From Candidatus Aenigmatarchaeota archaeon (GTDB taxonomy: Archaea; Aenigmatarchaeota; Aenigmatarchaeia; CG10238-14; SpSt-28), in contig JAVVFY010000003.1 of assembly GCA_032249395.1 (NCBI GenBank), positions 28,329 to 92,328 of the forward strand: a stretch of 64,000 bases of DNA. Reading direction: 5' to 3'. Numbering within the stretch: position 1 is the stretch's first letter; each line of letters opens with the position of its first letter. Shown here one piece after another: positions 1 to 15,300 of the stretch. The translations under genes and the position numbers were made by a program. Under the pieces are notes generated by a model, which made no database searches, was not told the origin of the DNA, and saw only the letters and a list, made by a program, of their open reading frames with translations.

Positions 1-3000
1 ATCGTAGATATCTGCTGTAAAGTTGAACTTATTAGACCAGCCAAAATAATCATCGAAACCAACTTTTTGCCAGGAATTTATAGAGTTGTTCCAAACATAG
101 ACGCTAAAGTTTTCTGCAGTAGCATTAACGTTCTCTAACCAGAATCTGTTTTGATATGTAGTTGAATTGAAGTTGTATAATGGCATTAAAGTAGAATTCA
201 GTCTTATGCTCCAATAACCTTCTTTTTTACCAGTAGAATTCCAAGTACAGTTATACCAACCATTGTATTCGTTCATTATCGGATTGCAAGTTTCTGCCTC
301 TCCATATGGAGAAATCAGTTCTATACTAACGCTTGCATTTGGTATTAAACCTTCAGACGAACAGTCGCTAGTAGTATTGAATCTAATTGTTATTGGTTGA
401 GTTACGTTGAAAATACTTCCGTTAATTGGTAATTCTAAGTTGTTCTTTAATTGACCTGTAATGTTGAAAGTCGGTGGAGCAAAAGGACCACCTGCTCTTT
501 GAGTATAGTTTTCAGCAATATAGCAGGAATCTATTATTCCTGCATCCCATTTTTGAATTCCCACTGAATAGCTACAATCTGGATCTAGAACATAGCTAAT
601 GTAGCCAGAGGAATTTGTCGTTACAGTAAATACAGTGTTAAATGTACTTCCATCTTTTGTAAAGTAGAATACTGCCAACTTTCCTTCTGGTAAGTATTCA
701 TCTCTATCTAAATCTTTAATCCTCATCACAAAGGTTCCTTGAGTATTTCCTATTTCTCTATCAATTCTTGTTGGTGCAGATACGTAGTAAACCTCTACGC
801 TATCTGGCCTTATTTCTATTGTATCAGAACTTTCGTTAGTATAGCCCCAATCGTCAGAAACGTTTATCTTATAGTTCCTCACACCAATCTTTGAGCAATC
901 AAATGTTTGTATAAATGAGAATAATTTTTCGCTAAAACATGTTGGTGCTTGACAAACAGTTGAGTTAACCAATTCAAAGCCATTACCAAAATCAATCCAC
1001 AGAGAGATGTTTAGTCTTTCATTAGAGTAAGCTCCTTGATCTACATCTCTAACTATTGCGGAGAAATTCCAAATTTCACCCCAACCAAAGTTATTATCTG
1101 TAATTAAACAATCTCCAGATCTACATTTAGTTGTTGGTGGTAACAAAGTAACTTCTGGGTTTGTTACAATAGCGAAAGAATTAACTATTTTGCTTTCTGG
1201 GGAATCAACATAATTCTCTTTACTAGCGTACATGCTCAAATTATACCATTGCATGCTCCAATAGCTCGATGGATATACTGTGCAAGAATAAGTACCATTT
1301 CCATAATCTACAACTTCATTTGGTGGACAATTTGATGATGGTGAGTTTTGAGATGGTTCTGCTATGAATGAAACGCTTGCATTGCTAACATAGCCACAAT
1401 CGTCTTTAACTATTCCTACGTATGTTATGCTATCTATTCCTCTTCTGAAAGTTTTTGATGTTGGTTGCAAGAGAGTAGCATTCAAAGGATAGCTAACTAA
1501 AGTTATGTAGAAGTCATCTCCATAAACATAAGTTGAGTTTATTGGCTTGTATGCTCTGTTAGCTGTTCCAAATTCTACTCTCCATCTCAAAGTTCCTAAG
1601 TTATAAGTACATCTTGGTAATGATGGGAATGTGTGACTTGTATAACCGTATGCTCCTATTGTCAAGTAGCTTCCATCTACAACAAAACTATTTGGATCGT
1701 ATGGATTTGTGGTTACATAAAATCTTATTGGGCCTGTAGTTCCTACTGGCAATAGAACATTTCTATCAGTGTCATACACTAAAATGCTAAATGTAATGTT
1801 ATCTTCACTTGGAGCTAGACTTCTGTTTAGTATAGTATTGTTTCCAAACACAATAGTTATGTTAACATCATCTGGTTGAACAGTAAATGTAAATAAGCTT
1901 GTATTAGCTGAATTTATACCATCTGTTGTGTTGAAGAATGCTTCAAATGTTGTTCCTGCACACGCTGAACTAAAAGCGTTTGGAGATGGGAAGTCAAATA
2001 TTATTAGACCTGGCTGAGTTAATCTGCTTGCTTTTAGATAATAGTTTGGCCATTTACTCGCTTCTGGACAAGCTGGATCAGCTATTGTTATATTTCTTAT
2101 CCACAAACTAACATTGTTGAAATCTGAATCTTCGTCAGTCAAAGTTACTCTAAACTGCCAGCTTTCTCCCCAACCTCCATCTTGAGAATAACTGTAAGCT
2201 GGACTACTTAAGCTTGGTTTTGTAACTATGTAGAAAGCGCAGCCGCTAGCTGCGCATAGATTTCCTATTGTTGTTGTGTTGGAATTATACCATGGAACAT
2301 CTTTTGAAATCATCGTTAAAGTATAGCTTCTTGGAAGCTTGCTTGCATTATTAACAAATAGACAATTGTAGTAGCCATCACCTTCATTGTTAACAGAATT
2401 GTATGGTTCGTCACAATAGAATGTATTTCCAGTTACAGTATGAGTAGCATAAAAGCTAACATTAGCGCTTGATAGCAAGCCTTCTTTAGCAGAACAATCT
2501 GTCGTTACATAACCTCTCCAAGTTATATTTTCTTCATCTCTAATGAACTTGTCTTTAGTAGTGTTTGGAGATGTAATGAAATTCAATAATTGACCAACAA
2601 TCCCAATTGTATAGTTTTCACTCGATGCAAAATGATAACATTCTCCACTAGGTATAATTGTTGATTTATAGAATGCTTTCCAGTTTTGCAAACCAACGTT
2701 AAAGCTACAGTTTGGATCAAAATTAAACGTTACGTTTCCTGGTAAGCTTGAATAAGTTCTATTGCTTCCAACAAACAAGAAATTGCTCCCATCAAAAGTT
2801 ACATTGAAACCAATTTCAATTTGTGCTGTTCTATCGCTACCTACAGGTCTGCTTCTATTAAAATCAGTTACATATACTCTTAATGGCAAATATCCAAAAG
2901 CTCTTGTTATGTTTGTGTTGTTTCCAGAAACTAAAGATATTGAAATGACATCTTTATCTATTATTGGTCCGTAATTTGTTGAAGTGTTCGTTTGACCTAT

Positions 3001-6000
3001 AACGTCAGTCAAATTAAACCTAAACCAATTATCGCTACCAACATCATTGAAAGTATCGTTACAAGTGTATGGTTGTATGTTCTCAAATCTACATGTTCCA
3101 CTTCCTCCACTTATAATTTGAGAACCAACATACCTCCAAACATTGCCATTGTCTGTTGAGACGAACAAACTACAATTGACATCATCTCCATCTGTATCTA
3201 AAACATCTATGCTAAAGTTGTATTTGTCACCCCAACCTCCAGCAGATGGAGTAACTTGTGGATTTGAATATCTTGGTGGTAAGTTGACTATTTCAAACCA
3301 ATTCGAATATGTTGTTTGATTTGAATAGAAGTAGTCTTTAGCTGACTGCAAAATTATGGAATATAATCCTGGCAATTTTCTTGTTGTGTTATACTCACAA
3401 TAGTAAGTTCCGTTGTTGAAATCAGTTATTGGTTGACAAGCTTCTAGAGAATTGACAGGATTTTGTATCAATATTGGATTTGTTATGCCTTGAGTTGAAT
3501 TTGGAACGCTTGGTGTTTCTTCACTTATATAACCAGAACAATCGCTTTTTACATCCATAACTATTGGAATCATTACTCCAGTACCATTAACCCAGCCCTG
3601 TGGAGGATAGTTTAAGTTACTGTAAAGCTGACCATAAACATAAACGCTGGCGTTACTTGTTCTTGAGTATCTATAGCAAGTATCATTTAACTCGATAAAC
3701 CAAATTTGTCTTCCTGTTGTATAATTACAATCTGGGTCGAAATAGTAGGTGAATAGACCATCTGAACCTGTATATATTTCTATAGGATCTCCAAAGTTAT
3801 TTCTGTCTTTTGTAATGTAAAGATACCCTTTAATTCCAAGATCTGTGGCATAAGTTCCTCCCTTTGACCAATCTAGTATGTAACCTTGCAATATTGCTGT
3901 TTCATATCCAGGTCTGTAAACACTAGAGCCATCTCCGCTTTGAATATAAACATCAGCCCATTCCTTATCTACAGTAAATGTTTGTTTTGAAGACTCGCTC
4001 TTCAATCTATTATCATAAACAAAAAGATTATCAGTAGCGTTGAATTTGAATGTATGAGTTCCTATATCTGAGCAACTAAATGATGTAGTAAATACTAGCG
4101 CATCAGAGCCTTCACAGGGCGGAATACACGTCATTGACCCAATATATTCCCAATCACCTGTTCTATTAATCCAGAGGCTAACGTTAACCAAACTTCCTAA
4201 TTCTCCTGTTCTGTCTTCATCTTCAACATCAACTTTAAACTGCCAGAGATCTCCCCATCCATTTGTAAAGTTTCCAGCAGTAACATAATAGCTATAAGTA
4301 GTCAATGTTGGCCTAGAAGCTAAATAAAATGCATTAGTTTGTTGAGTCGTTAAAGAGTCGTTGTAATATTGTTTACTAGCATTTACACTAACATTCCAAT
4401 ATCCATAAATTAACTCGTAGTTAGAGTTCAAAGTTGAGTTCGTTATATTACAAGCATATGTACCATTGTTAAAGTCTACTACACTACCAATAGACCTACA
4501 TTCTCTGATGGTATCTCCTCTTTGTATGTAAAAGTTCGTTGTAGCACCTCTAACTCCACCACATTCGTCAGTAACATTCGCCACTAATATCAAATAGTCT
4601 GCTGGTGTTGGGGACTTTATGTAAATCTTACCATCTTTTGGAGAAATATAATTAACGTTTAATGTATCTGTTACGATTGTTATAGTAAATTCTGAGCTGT
4701 TTGTTGGTTTGTAGAAGGGATTGCTATCTAATACTCCAGCTTTCCATTTTTGAGGTCCTATTGCAAAAGAACAATCTGGATTAAATTGAGTTAGGGATGT
4801 GTTTATATATCCTCCTGGTGAAATTGATGATGTTCCACTAATAGTAATATAATTGTAGAAATCTGTCGTTACAAAAATTGCTGCTCCGGGAGAACCAATA
4901 GCATATTCTCCTTTATCTACATCGTATACTCTGACAGTAAGAGTTTGTATATTGTTTCCTGGTCGATAAACTGATGTGCTGTTTCCGACAACATGCTCTA
5001 TTATCACATCGTCTTTTTTGTAGATTAAGGTTCCATTGTTTGTCTGATATACATTTTGTGGAAAGTCTTTAGTTTGATTTCCAAAAATGTCTTGATATTC
5101 GCTAACGTTGAACATAAATGCGTGTGGACCTACAGCAGATGGAGATCCTAAGACAGTAGGAGATGGTAGTCTCAACATAAAAGTAATAGTTTTATTTATT
5201 CCCCTATCGTATGCAGTCATATTAGATGGAAGTTGATACCATTCTCCATTATCAGTTCTATTTATCCAAAGCTTTACTTCAAGCAAATCATCGTCTTCGT
5301 CAGTAATGTTGACTCTAAATACCCAAAGTTCACCCCAGCCTCCATCTCCCACTCTCCCAAGAGAGTCATAAGAAATTGTATAGAAGTCTGTTGTTAGAAT
5401 TGGCTTTGTTTCTATCCAGAAACCTTTTTTCCAAATTTCAAAAATCTCTAAAGTAGAATTGCTATTGTAGTAACTTTTGCTTGCGTTAAATGTAACATTC
5501 CAACCTTTAGCTCTAAAGCCAGAAGTGTTTAAAGAGCAGGTGTAGTAACCATTTCCTAAATATTCTACAGGATTACAATAGTTAACTATAGAACCCTGAG
5601 AAACGGAGAAATTGGCATTTGCATAAATTCCACCTTCAATCTCACAATCTGAAGTTATTCTTGCTGTTAGATTAACGTTTTGACCATCTGGATAATCTCC
5701 TCTCAAATACTTTTCTCCTTTAGGTGAAATCACATCTAAAACCAAATCTCCATAGACTTCTACTGTATAGTTTTGAGTTGGAGTTGTATTTGTATAAGTT
5801 TCAAAGTAGCAAGCATCATTCTCTACTTTAGCAAACCATGCTTGTTTTCCTGTTGAGAATTGACAATCTGGATTGAAATCTAAACTTGCATATCCACTAG
5901 AATTTGTTTGAGTGTAGTAAGGTTTGAAATTGGTTTGATCATAAGTAACATAGAATGTTAAGTTTGTGTTTGCTAATGGCAATGAATTTCTTGTTAAATC

Positions 6001-9000
6001 TAAAGCTCTAATAACAAAACTGACAGTGTTTCCTATGTTGCTATCAGATCTATTAACTTTTGCTCCATCTCCACTAACAAGAGTTAGAGAAATTGAATTC
6101 TTTGTTATAGCTGGGCCAATTGAAATTTCGCTATCTGATGTGTTAACTCTGTTGAAAGTATCGTTTACCACAAAGTAGAAGCTTGCTATTCCTTGGTCTT
6201 CACAGGTGAAATCGTTAACTTCAATATAACAAACTCCTGGAGTACTTATGGTTTTTGAACCCTTGTGAGCCCAATTGTCATTTGTTTTTACATACAAACT
6301 ACAAGTTACAGTATCGTTTTCCGGATCTTCAACATAAGCTGAATAATTGAATAAACTTCCCCAACCTGCTGCATTTGGTGTAACATTCAAATTGCTGACA
6401 ATTGGAGGCCTATTCTCTAACCAGAACCAATTAGCAAATGTTGTTGTGTTAGTGCTATAATAAGTTTTTGAAGCTTGTATTGTTATGTTCCAATATCCTT
6501 CTGCTTTTGATGTCGAATCCCAAGTGCAATTGTAGTTTCCATTATCTTCGTTTATTGGAGAACAACTTGAGGAATAGCTTCCGCTACTCAATGTTAGCAC
6601 GTTTGAAACTTCACTTATATTTCCTGAATCTCTAACGCTTGAATTCAAATAGCAATCAGAATAAACATTCCAACTTATGTTTATCTTATCTCCAACATTG
6701 AACGTTGAACCGTAAGTTGGCAAATTCAAATTAATGTTCAATTGACCTTTTATTATAAAGCTTGAGTCGCTCGAATTTGCATCAAAATAACATTGATTAC
6801 TCGCTATACCAACTTTCCAAGATTGATAACCAACATTGTAGGAGCAATCTGGATTGAAATCATATTCTAGATAACCAGAAGCATTAGCATATACAAGATG
6901 GCCTTCATCATAAATTCCTGTATCTCTTGTGAACCAGAAGTATCCTTTAACATTTTCTTGACTCAAATCTAACCAAGCATTCTTGTCAACATCATAAACT
7001 CTAACAACAAACTTTCCATAATTATTGCCATATCTCAAAACTTCTGATGGTACTGATATTGAATAGAATGAAACTGTATCTTTTGTTAGCGTAACTGTTA
7101 TCGGAGATGTCTCATTTCTCAAGCCATATGAGTCGCTAACATTTAGCTTTAGCAAAATTGTTGAGTTTATCAAATATTCGCTACAATTGAATGAAGGATT
7201 AAACTCAAAGTAGCATGTTCCCGTACAATCGCTTGAACTCTTTGAATCAACATAAACCCAATTTACTCCATCGTATGATTTCCACAAGCTTATGTTTACT
7301 GGGTCGCTTGGGTCTGCATCTAAAACTAAAGCACTAACCAAAAAGTAACTTCCCCAACCACCAGAGTCTCTGTTTATTGAATATGAAGTTATAGCTGGCT
7401 TTCTTCTAACTTGGAAAGCATTTGATTTGTATGAATAAGTATCGTTGTAATACTGTTTGCTAACGTTCATGCTTATATCATACCAACCTATTAGACCAGA
7501 ACTTGGGAATGAACAAGAATAAGTACCATTACCATAATCATTTACTGGAGAACAAGTTGAATGAATTGGTTCTATTGTAAATATTGTTGATGTTCCACTT
7601 ACTCCAGAACTACAATCATCAGAAACATTCCCAACAATCAATATTGGATCTCCTTCTGCAATAACATTTCCATTCGGTTGTAATATAGATGAAGTTAAGC
7701 TTCCGTAGATTACAACAGTGTAGTTTTGCGAGGCATTGCCAAAGTAATAGCTATCTCCATCAAAAGCTGCTCTCCAATTCTTTACTCCAACGGAATATCT
7801 ACAGTCTGGGTCGAAGTTTAATGTAGCAAAGCCTGAAGATGTTGTTGTTCCGTATCTTATCCAACCTGAGTCTGAGCTAACGTTTATGTATGTTGTGTCA
7901 GAACCTTTATCTAATGGTAAATTCGTGAAAGCATCATACAATCTTGCTTCCAATATTGTTGTGTTTGTTCCAACTCTACTAACCCAAGAATTGTTTCCTT
8001 GTGAATATACCCAATAAGTTCTTCTCTTCGTTACATTAAATGTTTGAATACTTGTTTGAGCTACTCCACCATAATTATCGCTAGCGTTTATGAACCATTC
8101 ATAACTTCCAATATCACTTCCTGAAGTGTAAGATTTTTGTAGAGTTACCGTTACATTTGTACAATTGTTACAAATTGTAGAAGCTGCTAAACTAAATGCT
8201 CCATCTGGCAACTTTCTTATCCATAAGCTAACGTTAACAATATCGTCTTCATCAGTAACATTAACTTTGAATGTAAATGTTGAACCCCAAGGAGCCTCTG
8301 TTGGAGTTACTGATGGTGCTACTAAAACTGGTGGAACTTCATGGAAGAAAGCGTTTTGTTTAACTTTTGAAGCATTGTTGTACAAATCTCTAGAAGAATA
8401 CATGAAAACTGAATACCAACCAGGAGGATTGTTTGAAATATTCCAAGTGCAAGTGTAATATCCGCTAACATAAGATGCAAAACAGTAATCTTCAAATGCT
8501 CCATGCTTTACTTTGTAGAAAACATTAGCATCATTTATTGGATTATTGCATTCATCATTAACTAATCCGCTTATCGTCACGTTTTGATTTGATAAGTAAG
8601 CTTCTCCATTTGGCTGAGAAATCGTGTTGTTTAGCCATCCTTTAATGTTTACAGTTAATGTTAAAGTTGAGTTTGCATTTTTGTAACAAGCATCGTTTAC
8701 TATTCCTGCTTTCCAATATTGTGTTCCAACGTTATAAGAACAATCAGGAGTAAAGACAGCCGAAAGATAGCCATTATCTCCTGAAGCTTCCCATGCACTT
8801 CCATAATTTACTCCATCATAAGTAACCCATATCTTACCGCTAACATATCTATCTACAAATTGTTTATTGTCTCTATCGTAAACCTTTATTTTCAGAGTTA
8901 CACCCTCGCTTCTATTAACCCAAGAGTTATTTCCTAAAGAGTTTGAATCGTAAACGAAATCAACATCGTCTTTATCTAAGTTAAAGCTTATTGGTGCCAT

Positions 9001-12000
9001 ATCAGTCGTGTTTCTTGGATCTGTTGCGTTGAACTTAAAGTAATATGTTCCTATATCGCTACAAGTAAAACCAGAATAATAAAATGTTAACTCTCTTTTG
9101 CTTCCACAATTGTAGCACATTTGAGATGAAATGTAATTCCAATTTACCCCATCTTTAGATAGCCATAAACTAACGTTAACATCATCAGCATTGGCATCGC
9201 TTACATTGACTTTGAAAGTGTAGTTTTCTCCCCAACCCCAATCGTCCTCTGGAAAAACTGTTGCATCTTCTAAAACTGGAGGTTGCCAAACGTGAATTAT
9301 TCTAAATACAGAAACATTTGTGAAGCTTGCGTCGTTATAATAAATAACATTAGAAGCGTTTACTCTAACATTATACCATCCTTCTTTTGCTTCAGTAGCG
9401 TTGAAAGTACATGAATAAGTTCCATTGCCATAGTCTTGAACGTTATCACAATTATAAACATCACCAAAACCAACGCTTATTGGTTCTATTGTTACTGTTG
9501 CTCCACTTATGTTTCTCAACTTACATTCATCTTGAACAAAGACGCTTATGTTTATGTAGAGTTGATTTTCTCTGTAGTAAGTAATTCCATTAGGATAAAC
9601 AACAAATGGAACCAAATCTCCTATAATCGTTACATTGTATGCTTCGCTGGAAGCATCTTTGTAGCAAGCGTCAGCTTGAACATAAGCTACCCAATTTTGC
9701 CTTCCTGCATCATATCTGCAATCTGGGTTGAAATTGTATTCTACATATCCACTTGAATTTGTAGAGTTGCTTCCATCTGTTATAAATGCTGTTCCATTGA
9801 AAATGTTAAACCAAACTCTCGGATAGTATTGAACTCCTATTTGAGAGAATGCTGGAGAATTCTTATCTCTATCTAAAACATAAATCATGAACTTTGTCGA
9901 ATTATTTCCGTTTCTGTTAACATAACTTTCGTTTCCTAAAACATAGATTAGAGAAATGTCATCCTTTCTCAAAGTATGAGAAATGGCGCTTGTGTTTGAA
10001 TATGTCTGTGGAATATCTGGCTCACTCGCATTAAACATGAAATATCTAATAGCTGCTTGCTGATAATCTGAACAAGTGTAATCTCTAGTAAAGTTAACCA
10101 AAGTGTAACTTGGATTTTCTATAAATCTACAATCTGTTACTGACCATGGTCCATCTGAAGATGTAGACTCTAATAAGCAAACGTTTACGCTAGCATAATG
10201 ATTAACTATAACGCTGAAATTGTGAATTTCGCCCCAAGAACCATCGTTTGGATACTCAACTTTTGGATTGATTAACTCTACTGGTTTTATAAGGAAGAAA
10301 GCGTTTTGTTTAAATGATGAAGCATTCAAATAGTATTGTTTTGAAGATTCCATTGATACATTGTACCAACCACCAGATTTTCCTGTAGTATCAAACTCAC
10401 AAACGTAAGTATTTGAAGTGTTTGTTATATAGCCTGAAGATGGACAATAATATTCGTTTGAACCAGAAGTTAGTTTGAATCTAATGCTTGCATCGCTTAT
10501 TGGATTCCCACAATCATCATAAACTTCTCCAATCAAATAGATTTTTTCTCCAGCAGTATAGTTTCTATCTCCAGTTGGAGAGATTATACTGTTTGCTAAA
10601 CTTCCAACTATTATAACATAGAATTCTTGTGAACTATTGCTCTCATAACAAGCACTACTAACATTAACCTTCCATTTTCTTAATCCAACTGAATAAGAGC
10701 AGCTAGGATTAAAGTTTATGAAGTAATGAGTTTCGTTTGAATAAACAATTTCTTGCTCCCAATTAACATCATCTTTAGTTACGTAACCATAAACTTCGTC
10801 AGTTGAAATTTCAGTTGTGTAGTTTCCAAAGACTAAATTCTTTATTCTAACCGTCAAATTAACAGTATTTCCTATCACGCTATCGCTTCTGTTAACAACA
10901 CTATTATTGCCAGAAGAATAATCTATGGAAATTGGAGTTTTTGTTATGTTGAAAGCTATTACCTGAGTTTCGTTTTTGAAGGTTGTTGGAGAAGTTGCAT
11001 TGAATTTGGCATACCAGCTTCCTATATCGCTACAATAAAAGCTTTTCTGAGTAAAGAATTGATAGTTGTTACAATTTACGCAAACGCTTGAATTTTCTAA
11101 TTGCCAATTAGAATTTTCTCTTTTTAGCCATAAGTAAGTGTAAACAGGTTCTCCATCTTCACTTGTAACATAAACACTAAAGTTGAATGGATTTATTTGC
11201 CAGCTTCCTTTTGGATATGGAGAAACTTGAGGATTATCCAGCTTTATGTTTGACGCAACGAAAAATGCATTTTCTTTAAAGTAAGTTCCATTCCAGTATT
11301 TACCAGCTTCGCTTCCTTCAGCAAAAGCTATCATCGTAACGTTATACCAACCAAGAGGAGCATCTTGTGGAATTGTCCATGTTGTATAAGTTAGTGGAGC
11401 AACTATAGTATAAACTGTGGAGCCGTGAGAAATTATATATTCTACTCCAAAAGATGCACTATCTGTTTTAACTAAGCCACAATCATCTTTTATAATGCCA
11501 TCAAACTCAACAACTTGTCCTCTAGTATAGTTTCTAGAGCCATTTGGATAAAGCATGTAAGAATTGCTTAAGTCTCCTATCAACCAAAATGGTATTATTG
11601 GTGTCACATTATCTTTGTAAGTTGAAGCTCCAAAAACTCCTCCTTTCCAATAGTTTTGCCCCAAGTAATAATCTGAAACTTTACACCAACTATCAGAAGT
11701 ATTTTGCATTGTTCTAACTACATAACCTGTTGAGTTTGCTGAGAGAGATGGAGAAATATCAAAAGTTTCGTTGCTTCCGTATTTTGATATAAATATTCTT
11801 GCTTTTCCTTCATCTACTTGACCGAGCTGCAAATAGTAAGGATAGGTTTGATTGTCGATATCAAAAACAAACATAGTGAATTCAAAAGGCATGCTTCTGT
11901 TAACAGTTGCATTTAATATTGGCTGTATTCCAAAAACGCTTATATCGTCCTTTTCAATCGTATAAGCATATCCTAAAATTTCTGATGAACCATCTGCATT

Positions 12001-12300
12001 AGTTGCATTGAATTTGAAACTCCAAGCTCCAATAGCGCTTCCATCATATTTGAATGAAAAGTTTAGTTGAGTCCATTGCAGACAATTGTAACAAACTTGA
12101 GAACCAATCAACGAATATTCACTTGCTCCCATTCTATGCCAAGCATAAACAATAACATCTCTTCCAAATCTATCTCTCACATAAACTCCAAACTTATAAT
12201 TCTCTCCCCAACCTCCAACATTTCTAACTTGATCGTCTATGTAGAGAGTAGCATTGGTTAATAGTGGCGAGTATTTATAGATTTTTGATTTAACGAACAA
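1..12300 (-). repeat. Main tandem array inside the giant ORF: 12 complete divergent modules of about 310-360 aa plus a partial 13th at the window edge
   Basis: The G-W-G codons (plus-strand ccccaacc-type strings) recur at about 1085, 2172, 3235, 4255, 5335, 6365, 7355, 8287, 9235, 10235, 11213 and 12212, with spacing of 930-1090 nt. The FNPDC motif (plus-strand caatctgg) recurs with the same period. Conservation is at the protein-motif level; the DNA copies are not near-identical. Confidence 0.85.
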
Positions 12301-15300
12301 GTTTTGAGTTTCATTGAAGAGTTTTCCAGTAGACCAAACATAAGCAATTTTCTCTATGCTAACATTTGAGTAAGGATTGGTGCTTGAATCTGCATAAGTA
12401 TCTATGAAAATATTTCTCAAAGAATTAACAAAGTTTGTTGAATCGTTGCTGTCAATTGAATAATTGCTCCAAACTTTTGATAAAGCTAATGAATGAGAAT
12501 AATTTTGCCAGAATATTCTTTTGTTCAATAAATCATCTGCAATTGAAACCTTTGCCTCAGCGATTGTTAGATTTTCATCTCCAAAACTATAGTTGATTAA
12601 AAATGCAATTTCTTTCATTTTTTCATATCTTGCGTTAATTGGTTTTGTAAACACGAATGGATAAGTTAAGCTACAAGAGTTTCCATAACAAGAAATTGAA
12701 GTATCGTTAACAAAATAGCTTTCGCTTCTCGTATCCAAAATTCCTTCAGCAACCAAAACTTTCTTTCCTTCTAATGAACAATTCAAAGTGAAGTTTAAGT
12801 AAGAAGAAGAATATACACTCAAAGATGGTAAGCTCCAAGATATCTTTCTTGTTGATGGATTGAAAGTTCCGCCATTATAAACATTTAAAACGTCGCACTC
12901 TTCTGGAATGCTTAAATAAACGCTCCATCCAGAAGCTGTTGTATCGCCAATATTAGTTACTTTAAGGCTGTAATTGTAAGCTCTGTTTAGTTGAGAAGAT
13001 CTTACTTCTGGCCATGGATATTCATCTTGCTGTATTGCCTCTATATCGAATGATAGATGAGACTCTTGATTGTAAGAAGCTGTTGAAACTGTAAATGGAT
13101 TTTCTTCTTCAAAGCTTTTTCCATCCCAACTAACATTAAACTTGAAGCTTCCAGTTTTCGAATAAATATTTGGTGCTTTTACTTGATAAGTTAGAACTGC
13201 ATACTCATTTACATCAATGTCTCCAAGATTCCAAATTACCAAATTGTTTATCAAATCTACTGAAGAAGAAAGCAACTGAACGCTGCTCCCATAAACGTTT
13301 GTTTTAATGCTTGGATTTGCTGGAGTCCAACCACTTTCCAAAGTCTCAATTATTGTTGCACCAGAAGCTTTAGCACATCCTTTGTTGTGAACTACTAATC
13401 TACTTTCGAAAACTTTATCTGGTGAAACAAATGGAGGAGTTTCTCTTATGACTTCAAGAATTGCTATTGAATTGCTTTCTTGAATTTGGAAAGTTGCTGT
13501 TTTTGTTTTTTGAGTTATGTGATTGTAATTAACAATTGCTTGAATGTTTGCCAACTCGCTTGTTGAATTGCTCGAAGTTAAAGTGAACTGAGCATAATAC
13601 TTTCCGGGAGTTATTGCTTTAACAAGTTGATAAGATGGGGTGAATGTCCAGCCAGTTGGAACAGAAAGAGTTACATTGTAATCTATTTCTTCGTTGAATG
13701 GATGATATATTTCTACAATGAATGGTTCGCTAGTGGAATTGCACATCCAATTGCTTCCTTTAGCATTAACAGTAACGTCTTTAATGGTTAATAATTCAAC
13801 TCTAGTAGAAACGTTTGAATTGTAAACAAATGTTGCAATTATATTGTAATTTCCTTCACTCCAAGCTTGAGTATCAATGTTTGAGAAGTTTGCTATGTAA
13901 CTAGATTTTTGATTCAAAAGTAAAGGTGAGCTAGATGAATAAACAACATTACCATAAGCATCTGTTATGTTTAAGTAAAGCGTTCCAGAAATTTGTTGGT
14001 TGAATGAGTTTGAAAGAATTACAGAAATGTTCAAGTATCTATCTGTTTTTTCCAATCCTTTTACAGAAATGCCATTAACGTTTGTATCTACATCTTGAAT
14101 CAAAACAGTTTCATTGTAGTAAGCAGAAAGCTTTAGGCCAGAAATGTTTACAGGATTGTCACCAATGTTTGTAATTCTTATTTTGCAATAGCCAGTTTCA
14201 CTTGGCTGAATTTGTTTTTCTAATATTGGAATGAAGAGAGAAGATGGAGAAGTGAAGTAGAGAGAATGAGAAACATCTAACCAATAAGTTCCGTTGTAAA
14301 CCTCTATTCTAATTTTTCCATCTTGCAAGCTTGAGGAATAAGTGGAAATTGAAAGATTAGCTATTCTGTAACTTCCAGCTTCACAAACAAAATTGAACTC
14401 TTTAGCTTCATTTGAATTGAGCAAATATGGCAATTCTTCTTGAGAAAAAGTTTCACTCATGAACTTATAAGTAAAAACATTTATCGTTAAGCTATCGTTT
14501 TCGGCGTTGCTTGAATTAACAAATATTATTATTTGGTTTGACGAATAGGTTGTTGGGTAAATGTTGAACCAAATTGTTTTTAATTCTCCAACGCTAACAT
14601 TTCCAACATATTTTGTTGTTGAATCTGCTTGCCACCCAGTTGGCAAAGTCAAATTAACATAAACATCATTCGCTACAGTACCGCTTGGTCCCAAAGTTCC
14701 AACTGTAACTCCAAGAGTGAAGTTTTTGTATTGGAAGGCTTCTTTTGGTTGTTTGATTTCTCCTATTTTTATTTGAGGTTTACAACCAGAAGTATCTATT
14801 GAAATGTTGAAGTAGCTTGTTGTGTATGGCTTGTAATATGGCTCATCTGAAGCTATTTCAGCATACCAATATTGATCTCCGCTAGAAAAGCTACAATCTG
14901 GAGTAAAGTAGAATTCTGCGTATCCAGAAGAGTTTGTTATGTTTGATCCTATAATTTTATCGTAAAGGCCATTATACTTTATTCTAAATGTAACAGTTGC
15001 TGCCGGATTCAAATTGTAGGTTTGTGCATCTAAATCGTAAACTCTAACAACAAACTTAGCTGATTGAGCAGGAGAATATTTAGCAAAGCTATTGTTACCT
15101 TCTACATAGCTTATATTAACATCATCTTTTTCTACAGTTACATACAAAACTTGAGTAGTTTCTGCCCCATCCATCTTAAACTGATAATACCAATTTCCTA
15201 TGTCGTTTGCAGTAAAGTTTCTATACCAATACTTTGTTGAATTTATGCAATTGGAGCATTCATTCGGAGTTTGATTTATGCAAGTTGGGGCTTCACATTT

